Below, piece by piece: positions 17,454 to 26,016 of a stretch of 64,000 nucleotides of DNA. Each line of letters begins with the position of its first letter. The stretch's first letter is position 1. The stretch is from an uncultured Gammaproteobacteria bacterium. GTDB lineage: Bacteria; Patescibacteriota; Microgenomatia; PFEM01; DATLAM01. The stretch lies in assembly GCA_964566925.1 (NCBI GenBank), contig CAZMIZ010000001.1, positions 7,248 to 71,247 on the forward strand, given 5' to 3'. The position numbers and the translations under genes are program-made. Under the pieces are notes generated by a model, which searched no databases, was not told the DNA's origin, and saw only the letters and a program-made list of their open reading frames with translations.

Positions 17454-18275
17454 ATGCCCTTAGCTACAATCGAAATCCCACGTAATCTATATGATACCTT
17501 ACCAAAGGAAAGCAGAGAAGAATCTGCTGTGGCTGTATGTAATCAAGCCCTTGATTCTACCCTTCAAGGGCTGAAAATTCCGGACCTCGAAGATCGTGAA
17601 TATAGAGTAGCTTTAGTTGGTGACGATGAAAAGTCAAGGTTATCAATCGAATTCACCTGCGGAACCGATGAATACGAAACAGGAGAAATCTTTAATCCAG
17701 CAGAAGAACAGATCCACGCCACTGGTGTAGAAGTCCAGGCTAGCGCTCAAAGATCTGAATTCAACGTGGCGGAAACCGAAATAATATCATGGCGTGATAC
17801 CACATTTATTGAACGAGAGGAAGGTACCATAGAACCAACCGAATCGCTATCGCCAGGATGTGGAGACAAAGTAAGGAAAGCCAAAGTAACCCTCACGCTG
17901 TCGCCTGACGCAACCGAACGTATTCTTACTAGTCAAGCTGGTAGAGAACTCGAGTCAAGTAAATCCCCCGAGCTCGATGCAGCTAATACCATTGGGGAGG
18001 GGTTATCACTTTTAATTGCTGAAGCCCTCAGGCTGCCCGAAAATACTGAAAGATCTGTGAAGGTTTCACTTCCTCTTCTTGCTGAAACCCATATTGCCGT
18101 TGATGTTGATTTAGAGGTATCCGGAACCATTTCATCAGAAGACCGTTTGCTTCTAGCGAAAGCGATTGAGAGTCATCTTAATTCAAACGAACCCACCAGC
18201 CAGGGTATTGGTACCATTTGGGTTCGGCAAGGACAGCCAGCCAAAGATACTATTACCTCCGAAGATACAAAATAA
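17454..18275 (+). CDS. Hypothetical acidic protein
   Basis: 273 aa, Glu/Asp/Ser/Thr-rich. GC looks higher than its flanks. No known motif. Confidence 0.45.
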   Translation: MPLATIEIPRNLYDTLPKESREESAVAVCNQALDSTLQGLKIPDLEDREYRVALVGDDEKSRLSIEFTCGTDEYETGEIFNPAEEQIHATGVEVQASAQRSEFNVAETEIISWRDTTFIEREEGTIEPTESLSPGCGDKVRKAKVTLTLSPDATERILTSQAGRELESSKSPELDAANTIGEGLSLLIAEALRLPENTERSVKVSLPLLAETHIAVDVDLEVSGTISSEDRLLLAKAIESHLNSNEPTSQGIGTIWVRQGQPAKDTITSEDTK

Positions 18276-18336
18276 TCCTGAACGGCGCTAATTTAAATAA
18301 AAGATTCATCCAGGGACGGGATGTTAAGAAAAAAAC

Positions 18337-18651
18337 TCAAGCGAGAGCCAAAATCAGGATAAAAAGAAAAGTAAAGAAAGCCAGCCACCCAGCTGTAAAA
18401 ATCACCAACTTAAGCGCCTCAATCGTCTTCTTCTTCTCCCAAAATAAGATAAAAGGATAACCTAAAACAATTAAGGCGGAAATAATGGCCGAGACCACGA
18501 AAAGAACTAAAAACATGGCTGGAATTAAAAAGGTAAAGGGAGGCCCAAAAAGATTCTCTCCCTGCCAAAATAAAAGCCCAATTAGGCTACAATAAATCAC
18601 CAAACCAGTAGCCTGTAAAAAGGCAATAAAGCCAAGAGAAAATTTCCTCAT
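18337..18651 (-). CDS. Small membrane protein (3 TM)
   Basis: 104 aa, almost entirely hydrophobic helices. Confidence 0.35.
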   Translation of the reverse strand: MRKFSLGFIAFLQATGLVIYCSLIGLLFWQGENLFGPPFTFLIPAMFLVLFVVSAIISALIVLGYPFILFWEKKKTIEALKLVIFTAGWLAFFTFLFILILALA

Positions 18652-18757
18652 TTTAAAATCCCCTCTTTTTTATTATAACACCTAAAGGAATCTCCCTGCT
18701 TTTTCTTTTCTGGAGCCCTGATTTTTGTTTGACCTATCCGATTCAAAGAAAAATGAA

Positions 18758-19045
18758 TTATTGGGGTCTTTCGGGTCTTGAATGAAAATCTCTGGGTTGT
18801 TTTGGCCGAGCTTCGTTAACAATGATTTTTCTTCCGCCAAAATCATTACCATTAAGCATTTCAATCGCTTTTTTCGCTTCTTCTTCGCTGCTCATTTCCA
18901 CAAAACCAAAACCTTTTGAACGACCGGAATACCGATCGGTGATCACTGTTGCGCTTGTCACCTTGCCTGCTTGGGCAAAATGCTCTCCTAGCTGCTCGTC
19001 GGTAACACCATAATCGAGATTACCAACATAGAGTTTAGTACTCAA
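18758..19045 (-). CDS. RRM-domain RNA-binding protein
   Basis: RNP-2 LYVGNL and RNP-1 KGFGFVEM. TTG start preceded by AGGAGGTG with 8-nt spacing. Confidence 0.8.
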   Translation of the reverse strand: MSTKLYVGNLDYGVTDEQLGEHFAQAGKVTSATVITDRYSGRSKGFGFVEMSSEEEAKKAIEMLNGNDFGGRKIIVNEARPKQPRDFHSRPERPQ

Positions 19046-19200
19046 GTTTATTCACCTCCTTTTCTTTTGCATAAATTTAAAAATTTTGGGAGCTTCTTTG
19101 GATGCCGTCTGAAGTCCGTCTGGAGACCAAGAGAAAGCTACCTCTCATACTGATAAACAATCATAACAAAAAACCTAATAAAAGTAAAGCCCTTTTATCT

Positions 19201-20307
19201 TCAACTTTTCCTGCCTACCCCTAAATAAGCGGCTAGAAAAGTAGTTAATGGAACCGCGGCGATCAAACCAATGCTTCCCACTAGGGTGCGAATTATTTCT
19301 TCGGTAATAATCTCGTAGTTAATTACCTGGGAAAATGGCAAGGGATTGTTAATAAATAACAAAAGTAAAGGGAGGGCGGCCCCGGTGTAGACTAAGACCA
19401 GGGTGTTGACCATTGAAGCAATGTGGTCCTGGCCAACATTCATCGCTCGTAAAAATAATTCCTTAAATTTTATCTTCGGATTCGCCTCTCTTAATTGTTG
19501 AACAATCGCCGATTGGGCCACAGTAATATCATCCAAAACCCCTAAAGCGCCAATAATAATACCTGCCAAAACAAGACCCTTGATATTAATGGCTCCGGGT
19601 CGATCTGATTGTAAAAAGCCGGCCTCTTCTGAAGCAAAGCCAGTTAGTCGGGTCACCTCAACAAAATATTTGGCTAAAAAGCCGGTAATTACCAAAGCCG
19701 CTAAAGTGCCTAACATGGCCACAGCCGTCTTTTGATTCAATCCATGAGAAAGATAAAAAGTTAAGGGAATGATCGCCAAAGAACCGAGGATGGCGATCAT
19801 GACTGGATCGCGGCCGGAATTAATCTGGGGTAAGATGAAAAGAAAAATCACCAAAAAAGAAATTCCTAAACCGATAATTGAAGTGGCCCCCCGCCAACGG
19901 CCAATCACCACCGCCAAAATCACAAAAAGCAAAAACAACCAAAAAAGGTATTTTCTCCTGATAAGCTCGGTCAGATAAAAAATCTCTTCTCCTTCAAGGC
20001 CAAGGCTTTTACTGATTAAAACTTCATCACCAACCCGGTATTTGGGTAAGCCAATAATAGGAATATCACCCACTTCAACGACGATCTCTCTATCTTTAAT
20101 TGAACCGGCAGTAATCAAGATTTTTAACTTCTGATAAAGATTTTGTTCGCCTTCTTGGGTGATGACATCTTCTTCGAGAATTTCAATGATCCGACCCTCG
20201 AGAATCTCTTCCTTGGGGGCCTGGTCTATTTCTTGACCCAAAACCTTTGAAGAAAAAAGAGAAAGGAAAATCAAAGGCAAAAATAGAAAAAGTAGTTTTT
20301 TAATCAT
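19201..20307 (-). CDS. YibE/F-family membrane protein
   Basis: Signal/TM anchor, extracytoplasmic N-domain, then a multi-TM YibE/F-like core. Overlaps the upstream gene by 4 nt. Confidence 0.5.
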   Translation of the reverse strand: MIKKLLFLFLPLIFLSLFSSKVLGQEIDQAPKEEILEGRIIEILEEDVITQEGEQNLYQKLKILITAGSIKDREIVVEVGDIPIIGLPKYRVGDEVLISKSLGLEGEEIFYLTELIRRKYLFWLFLLFVILAVVIGRWRGATSIIGLGISFLVIFLFILPQINSGRDPVMIAILGSLAIIPLTFYLSHGLNQKTAVAMLGTLAALVITGFLAKYFVEVTRLTGFASEEAGFLQSDRPGAINIKGLVLAGIIIGALGVLDDITVAQSAIVQQLREANPKIKFKELFLRAMNVGQDHIASMVNTLVLVYTGAALPLLLLFINNPLPFSQVINYEIITEEIIRTLVGSIGLIAAVPLTTFLAAYLGVGRKS

Positions 20308-21221
20308 CCCAAAATCTTTCTGAGCTTATTGTAAATGTCTTCTATTTCTTTTTTAGCGGAGAGGTTGGTTTTCATGATTGGCGTTAAGCCAGCAATGGCC
20401 TGAAAGATTTTTTGATCATAGCCTATTTTGCCTAAAACCTTTCCTTTAGCCCACTTTTCCATTTTAGCACTTTCTTTTTGGTTAAGATCCCACTTATTGA
20501 TTACCACCCGATAGGCAATCTTAAAATGTTTAACAATCGCTAAAACCCGCTTTAAATCGGAAAAACCAGAGGGGGTCGGTTCGGTCACTAAAACAACAAA
20601 ATCGACGCCGTTAAGAGCAGCAATAACGGGACAACCGATCCCTGCTGGGGAGTCAATAATCATCATTTGGTGGTTAAATTGTTCGGCTTTTTCTTTAATT
20701 AAATCAACGATTTTGCCTGAACCGGTTTGGCCCGGATGAAGCTGGGCGGAAACTAAAGGAAAACCGTGGACATTTTTTTTAATTTTGATTTCGCCGTTAA
20801 TAATCGGCTTCATCTTAATCGCTTTAGCCGGACAAACTACTTCGCAAGCACCACAACCTTCGCAAAAATATTCATTGAGAACTGGCTTTTTCTTCTTTAA
20901 ATTGAGAGCGGAAAAGGCGCAAATTTCAACACATCGACCGCAGCCAGTACACTTTTTCAGATCGATAATCGGTTTTTCGTTGGTAGAAACTTTTTTAATC
21001 TTATCCCAATGCTCACCTTCTTCCCCCTTTGCCGAGGCTTCGAGGGACAAGCCCAACCATAAATGAAGATTGGGGGCATCAACGTCAGCATCAACGGCAA
21101 CCACCTTTGCTTTTCGTGTAAAAAGCATTGCCAAAGAAGAAGCGAGCATGCTTTTCCCAACTCCACCCTTTCCAGAAGCAATAGCAACCTTTAACTTTAC
21201 TCTTTCCATTTTTAATATCAC
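20304..21221 (-). CDS. MinD/ParA-superfamily P-loop ATPase with inserted 2x[4Fe-4S] ferredoxin domain (COG1149-like)
   Basis: Deviant Walker A ASGKGGVGKS. Two CxxCxxCxxxC motifs: CTGCGRCVEIC and CEGCGACEVVC. Confidence 0.75.
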   Translation of the reverse strand: MILKMERVKLKVAIASGKGGVGKSMLASSLAMLFTRKAKVVAVDADVDAPNLHLWLGLSLEASAKGEEGEHWDKIKKVSTNEKPIIDLKKCTGCGRCVEICAFSALNLKKKKPVLNEYFCEGCGACEVVCPAKAIKMKPIINGEIKIKKNVHGFPLVSAQLHPGQTGSGKIVDLIKEKAEQFNHQMMIIDSPAGIGCPVIAALNGVDFVVLVTEPTPSGFSDLKRVLAIVKHFKIAYRVVINKWDLNQKESAKMEKWAKGKVLGKIGYDQKIFQAIAGLTPIMKTNLSAKKEIEDIYNKLRKILG

Positions 21222-21228
21222 ATTTCGT

Positions 21229-22416
21229 CTATACCCAACCTAAAATCATGGCTATCCCTAGACCAAAAATAATTAAACCAGCGACCAAATGAAGATAGCG
21301 GATGTTTTTTTCTTTCCAATCGGCAACATTCTCAACCGTAGCCAAGCCTAGATAACAAACAGCGACAATGACCAGCATTGGCAAAATGAAAATCAGGTTA
21401 TACAACAGTAACCAAGGAATGGTTTGCCAAAAAGAAAGTGAACAAAGAACACCTCCACAAATCACATAAGGACCAATCGTACAGGGGAGTAAAAAAACAG
21501 TCACTAAAGCCCCGACAACAAAGGCCCACCAAGGGTTGGTGACTTTGAAAAACAAGCTTTGAGCCTTAGGACGAAGGAACATGGGCATTTCTGTTAGAAA
21601 ACCACCGGGTTGATAATAAATGAAGTCTTTGATGTTTAAAACTCCTAAAACAAGCGCCACCATCCCTAAAGCTTTATAAAGCCAAAAACGAATATTGGCT
21701 AGTGCTTGAATTATCTGAAAAAACTTAATAATCGCCAAACCATAAAGAAAATACATAATCAGAACCGCGCTCGAGAAAGCCAAGCCAGCTACTAAAACAT
21801 TGCGTTTCTTTTTCGGACCTAAGGTGATAATGGCTAAAAGCATTAAGACTAAAACCGCTAAAGCGCAGGGATTAACGGCATCAACGGCCGCCAAAGAAAT
21901 TACCTTAGCCAAAGTCAATTCTCGGGGAACCATCTCCTCAACCATCTCGATCTTCTCATTTAATAGCTCGGGCCAAATCTTGGGCTTTCCTGATAGAGAA
22001 GCAAAATCAAGCTCTTCAAAATCAACAGTGGTTCCATCAATTAAAGGACAAGGATTGCTTCCCTTTTCAATTAAGCTTCTTACCCCATCAATAATCGGCC
22101 TATCACCAACCAAATATTTATCCTGGCCAAAAATAATCAAAGGAATACCTAATCCAGAATCGTAAACCTGATTATACTCATAAATCAATGGGGCATTTTC
22201 CTGATCTTGATAGATTTCGTATTCAATAATAACCAGTTGGGGATACTCTTTAAGGAGTTGATCAAAAATAAAGGGATCAACTTGGGCACAATGAGGACAG
22301 CCGATCCCCGTAAAATAGACAGCACAGACAGTCTGATCGCCTTCCGCTAAAGATGGAGACGAAAAAAGATTGAGTAGAAGAACCACTAAGACAACAATAA
22401 TTCCCAGTTTCTTCAT
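21229..22416 (-). CDS. Fusion of an extracytoplasmic thioredoxin-like domain (CPHC) with a CcdA/DsbD-type transmembrane thiol-disulfide transporter
   Basis: Signal peptide. GIGCPHCAQVDPF is a CxxC thioredoxin fold. The TM domain carries the conserved Cys pair AVNPCALAVL and LLPCTIGPY. Confidence 0.65.
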   Translation of the reverse strand: MKKLGIIVVLVVLLLNLFSSPSLAEGDQTVCAVYFTGIGCPHCAQVDPFIFDQLLKEYPQLVIIEYEIYQDQENAPLIYEYNQVYDSGLGIPLIIFGQDKYLVGDRPIIDGVRSLIEKGSNPCPLIDGTTVDFEELDFASLSGKPKIWPELLNEKIEMVEEMVPRELTLAKVISLAAVDAVNPCALAVLVLMLLAIITLGPKKKRNVLVAGLAFSSAVLIMYFLYGLAIIKFFQIIQALANIRFWLYKALGMVALVLGVLNIKDFIYYQPGGFLTEMPMFLRPKAQSLFFKVTNPWWAFVVGALVTVFLLPCTIGPYVICGGVLCSLSFWQTIPWLLLYNLIFILPMLVIVAVCYLGLATVENVADWKEKNIRYLHLVAGLIIFGLGIAMILGWV

Positions 22417-23237
22417 AGATTATTTACTTCCTTTAACCTGCCTTTTGAATAAACTTTGGCCAGCTCCTTAGAATAAGGTATTTTATATTTGATTGCAACT
22501 TGGGATCGCTTAGCAATCCTTTCAACTAACTCGCTTTTCCCTAGATCAGCTTGATTAAGAACAATTTTAGCAGGAACTTTAAGAGTTTTTAATAGCTTTA
22601 AAATTAACTCCAAATCATGAGCGCCGAGAGGAGTCGGTTCGGTGACAGCATAAGCTAAATCGACGCCTATCAAAGCCCGGATAACACCACAATGGATACC
22701 AACCGAAGTATCAATCAAGAGATAATCAGCTTTATTTTTTCTGACTAATTTTTGAGCATATTCCCTCATTCTGGTCACAATCGGTCCGGTTTCATCGACA
22801 ACCCCGACAGAACGACCGGTCACTAAATAAAAATTCTCGTCAATCTGGTTCTTAAAGATTTCCCCAATCACCTTTTTCTCGGCTTTAATGGCTTTTTGAG
22901 GACAAAGACGCCAGCACAAACTGCATCCAGAGCAAAGTTCGTGAAGGAAAAGAGGAAACCTTCCTGGTGCTTGAAAGATGGCATTTGAGCGGCAGTTTTT
23001 AACACATAAGCCACATTGACTACATTTCTGTTTATCAAGAAAAGGAAATTGAGCAAAAATTATTTCAGCCGACTGGCCTAATTTTTGTCCCAACAACAAA
23101 TGATCGTTCGGGCATTCCACATCAGCATCAGCCAAAACAACCTTTTTCCCTTGACTTCTTAGCTTATTGGCTAAAAGAATGGCGACAGTCGATTTACCTG
23201 TACCGCCTTTTCCACCGGTGATAGCGATGGTCTTCAT
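22413..23237 (-). CDS. MinD/ParA-superfamily P-loop ATPase with inserted 2x[4Fe-4S] ferredoxin domain (paralog of 20304..21221)
   Basis: Deviant Walker A GGKGGTGKS. Two CxxCxxCxxxC motifs: CSQCGLCVKNC and CSGCSLCWRLC. Confidence 0.75.
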   Translation of the reverse strand: MKTIAITGGKGGTGKSTVAILLANKLRSQGKKVVLADADVECPNDHLLLGQKLGQSAEIIFAQFPFLDKQKCSQCGLCVKNCRSNAIFQAPGRFPLFLHELCSGCSLCWRLCPQKAIKAEKKVIGEIFKNQIDENFYLVTGRSVGVVDETGPIVTRMREYAQKLVRKNKADYLLIDTSVGIHCGVIRALIGVDLAYAVTEPTPLGAHDLELILKLLKTLKVPAKIVLNQADLGKSELVERIAKRSQVAIKYKIPYSKELAKVYSKGRLKEVNNL

Positions 23238-24478
23238 GTCTTCTCCTTAGTTGGTTTCGATAATATTTCTAATCCTCCTTTAATAAAACTATCAATAATT
23301 GTTTTTGCCTTCTCACCTTGAGCTTGATAGATATCAAACAAATTCTCTCGTAGGGCATGGAAAGAGATTTCCCCTATTTCTTTAGCAATGAGAATTTCGC
23401 TTTTTTGTTTAGCCAGAAGTTTGGCAGCTGCCAAGCCAGCTCTCATCTTTTGATCTTTGAAAGGATTATCAAGTAAATAATAGCCTTTAATTTTTTCGCC
23501 CTCAAGGTTGACCAAAAGAAAAGCCGGTGCTCGACCAAATTGGTCAGCTACCGGAGAAGATAGCCCGTTTTTAGTCTTTATTGGAATCGCCAGATGGCGA
23601 TAATCGCTTTTAAAAGGTTCTATGTGAATTGAGAATGAATCAACTTGGGGCACTTCTTTTTTAATCGCTCTTTCAACCTTCTCGGCAATTTCGTGAGCCC
23701 GCCTGACATCAATGAATTTCCTAACTCCCACCTTGGTCTCACCAAAAATAAAAGGGCCTGCCCTTCTTAGACGTAAATCAAAAAACTCTTCAATTCCCGG
23801 CACGGATTTGATCGCTTTAACAACCTTTTTCTCAACTGCCTTACTGGGACTAACATCCATAAGGGCAAAAAAAGAGTCTTTGGCGCTCGTTAGGCCAATT
23901 TTAAAGATAAGAAAAGAGATGACGATGGTAATCACTCCCTCAAGGTAGGGAGTTTGGTAATAGGCTGCTAAAATGCCTACAAAAACTGCCGTTGAGGAAA
24001 AAAGATGAGTTCTATTTTCTTTACCCATGGCCACTAAACTTTGAGCATTAATTTCCTCGCCCACTTTAATTTCATAATTGCCAAAAAAGAACAAAACTAA
24101 GGCGTCCAGCAAAGAAACCGCCAAGGCCAAGAAAGGAATTTCAATTGGGGAAGAAAAGAAAAGTCGGGCATAGCCATTGACAAACATCTCCCAAGCAGCC
24201 AGAAGAATTAGAATAGAGACAATCGCTGCTCCAAGGTTTTCCGCTTTATAATAACCATAAGGAAAGCGCTCGTCCGCTTTTTTTTGAGCAACTTTTAAAC
24301 CAAACCAAGAAGTAAAAATTGATAAAATATCCGAGCCACTATGGATCGCGTCGGAAATAAGAACAATACTGCCTGATAAAAAACCGATCACCGCTTTAGC
24401 CGTCGCCAAAAAGCCTTCCAAAAAAATGGCAACGGTTGCTAGCTTCTCTCCTTTTTTTAAATCTTCTTTTTGTGTCAT
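23234..24478 (-). CDS. Cation diffusion facilitator (CDF) transporter fused to a C-terminal NifX/NafY-like (Nitro_FeMo-Co, PF02579) domain
   Basis: CDF TM core (HSGSDILSIFTSWFGLKVAQKKADERFPYGYYKAENLGA). C-terminal LAIPIKTKNGLSSPVADQFGRAPAFLLVNLEGEKIKG matches the dinitrogenase FeMo-cofactor-binding fold. Confidence 0.7.
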   Translation of the reverse strand: MTQKEDLKKGEKLATVAIFLEGFLATAKAVIGFLSGSIVLISDAIHSGSDILSIFTSWFGLKVAQKKADERFPYGYYKAENLGAAIVSILILLAAWEMFVNGYARLFFSSPIEIPFLALAVSLLDALVLFFFGNYEIKVGEEINAQSLVAMGKENRTHLFSSTAVFVGILAAYYQTPYLEGVITIVISFLIFKIGLTSAKDSFFALMDVSPSKAVEKKVVKAIKSVPGIEEFFDLRLRRAGPFIFGETKVGVRKFIDVRRAHEIAEKVERAIKKEVPQVDSFSIHIEPFKSDYRHLAIPIKTKNGLSSPVADQFGRAPAFLLVNLEGEKIKGYYLLDNPFKDQKMRAGLAAAKLLAKQKSEILIAKEIGEISFHALRENLFDIYQAQGEKAKTIIDSFIKGGLEILSKPTKEKT

Positions 24479-24553
24479 AAGTTAATTAAGCTCGGTTCAG
24501 TCACCGGCGAATCCAGATTTATTTTAAGCAAAGATTGCTTTTTTATTTCTTCT

Positions 24554-24976
24554 TTATCGTCTACCTCTTCCCCAACCTCCCCCTCGACTTAGACCTTCTC
24601 CCGCCCCTTGTCCTTTATTCATACCAGCAGAAGGGCCTGCCATTTCATTTTCTTTCAGCTTTCCTTCTTTATATTGCTCTAGCACATCTTTAACAGTCAT
24701 GTCAGAAACACCACCAAAAGTCTTAATTCCACTAGAATTGAGAACATTAATGGCATTCGGGCCGAAATTACCGGCAATAACCGCCCCGACCCCTTTATCA
24801 ACCACTAACTGAGCGGCAGAAATACCAGCTCCTCGGGGCGCCTGCCCGGCTGTGTTTTTAATCACTTTAAATTCCTTGGTTTCGCTATTAATAATCAAAA
24901 AATAAGGACACCGTCCAAATCGAAGGTCAACTAAGCTATCGAAATCTTTGCCTGATGAGGCAATAGCGATTTTCAC
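24554..24976 (-). CDS. NifX/NifB-C-terminal-like (Nitro_FeMo-Co family) protein with Gly/Arg-rich tail
   Basis: MKIAIASSGKDFDSLVDLRFGRCPYFLI...GVGAVIAGNFGPNAINVL is the canonical PF02579 pattern. The C-terminus is GQGAGEGLSRGGGWGRGRR. Confidence 0.75.
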   Translation of the reverse strand: MKIAIASSGKDFDSLVDLRFGRCPYFLIINSETKEFKVIKNTAGQAPRGAGISAAQLVVDKGVGAVIAGNFGPNAINVLNSSGIKTFGGVSDMTVKDVLEQYKEGKLKENEMAGPSAGMNKGQGAGEGLSRGGGWGRGRR

Positions 24977-25005
24977 TCAATCACCCCCCTTCCACTCTAT
25001 TTAAA

Positions 25006-25506
25006 TTATCTCTTCCTAATCATCGGCGAGCCGCATTTCGGACATTTAGTCTGGTAACAGGGTATACCGGCTTGATGGGATACCTCATTTTTACACTCGG
25101 GATTAGTACAAAGACAGGCCCCTCCCGGACCAGCGGCAAATGGGCCACCCATTCTCCCTCGGCCGGCCCCCCGACCAGCGCCTCGACCCCGACCAGTACC
25201 TCGACCAAATCCTGCTGGCATAACTGTCTCACCTCCTTTTATTTTGATCGCTTTGCCTAAAACCAATGCCTCCGCAATTTTCTTATGAGCTTCAGTCAAA
25301 ATCCGTTGGAAAGTACTTTGAGAAATTTTCATTATTTTAGCAGATTCAATCTGCCCCAAGCCTTCTAAATCGGCCAACCTAATTGCCTCTAATTCATCAA
25401 GTGCTAAAATCGCCTCCCTTAAAAAGTCCGAGGGAATTCCACGAGGCCTAAAATAATCGGCTTCTGGTTCAGAACCTATCCGTCTTGGTTTCTTTTGCCT
25501 AGTCAT
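25006..25506 (-). CDS. DUF134 (UPF0251) predicted DNA-binding protein with RGG/GRG-repeat linker and C-terminal zinc ribbon
   Basis: Sigma-70 region-4-like HTH (LEAIRLADLEGLGQIESAKIMKISQSTFQRIL). A GRGTGRGRGAGRGAGRGR repeat follows. The C-terminal motif is CxxxxC...CxxC. Confidence 0.6.
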   Translation of the reverse strand: MTRQKKPRRIGSEPEADYFRPRGIPSDFLREAILALDELEAIRLADLEGLGQIESAKIMKISQSTFQRILTEAHKKIAEALVLGKAIKIKGGETVMPAGFGRGTGRGRGAGRGAGRGRMGGPFAAGPGGACLCTNPECKNEVSHQAGIPCYQTKCPKCGSPMIRKR

Positions 25507-25535
25507 GATTTAAATCCAATTATGAATATATACCC

Positions 25536-25564
25536 ATTATAGGGAACTAGGGGACATTTGTCAA
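25536..25564 (-). promoter_or_regulatory. Near-consensus sigma70 promoter (TTGACA-17-TATAAT) for the DUF134-led cluster
   Basis: Minus-strand TTGACA at 25564..25559 and TATAAT at 25541..25536. The ATG at 25506 is about 23 nt downstream of the predicted TSS. Confidence 0.55.
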
Positions 25565-25569
25565 GAGGG

Positions 25570-26016
25570 TTATTTTTTCACTAAAAGCCAGCTCTTTTTC
25601 TCAAAAGTGGGCGGATGGAAAATACTAAACTCCCCTTTTAATTTCTTGCCGGAAAGTTTGAACTTGATCGAATTATTAGCCCTCTCAATAATTTCTAGTT
25701 TTCCTTTATCCCAAATTTCAACCTTCCCCGCTCCGTATTGACCTTCCGGGATAACGCCCTTAAAAGAGGCGTACTCTAAAGGGTGATCTTCAACCTGAAT
25801 GGCTAAGCGCTTTTCACCTGGTTTTTGAGGCGGACCTTTGGGGACAGCCCAGCTCTTTAAAACCCCTTCTGTCTCTAGTCGAAAATCGAAATGGTGGTGA
25901 CTAGCCCAGTGCTCATGAACCACAAAAATGGGGAGTTTTTTGGTTTTCGAAACTTTTCCTTTAGGCTCAGAAGTCTTACCAAAGTCTCGTTTTTTTTGAT
26001 ACCTTTTTAGTTTCAC
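25570..26016 (-). CDS. Stand-alone LigD-type 3'-phosphoesterase domain protein (LigD_N / PE domain)
   Basis: FVVHEHWASHHHFDFRLE...GVLKSWAVPKGP is the signature of the NHEJ ligase D phosphoesterase module. Confidence 0.75.
   Translation of the reverse strand: MKLKRYQKKRDFGKTSEPKGKVSKTKKLPIFVVHEHWASHHHFDFRLETEGVLKSWAVPKGPPQKPGEKRLAIQVEDHPLEYASFKGVIPEGQYGAGKVEIWDKGKLEIIERANNSIKFKLSGKKLKGEFSIFHPPTFEKKSWLLVKK

Noticed and set aside
24525-24553. Hairpin GCAA-aga-TTGC plus T-run on the plus strand as a terminator
   Set aside because: Short 4- to 6-bp stem. No plus-strand gene lies upstream. On the minus strand no U-tract follows it. It is probably just intercistronic structure between the NifX-like and CDF genes.
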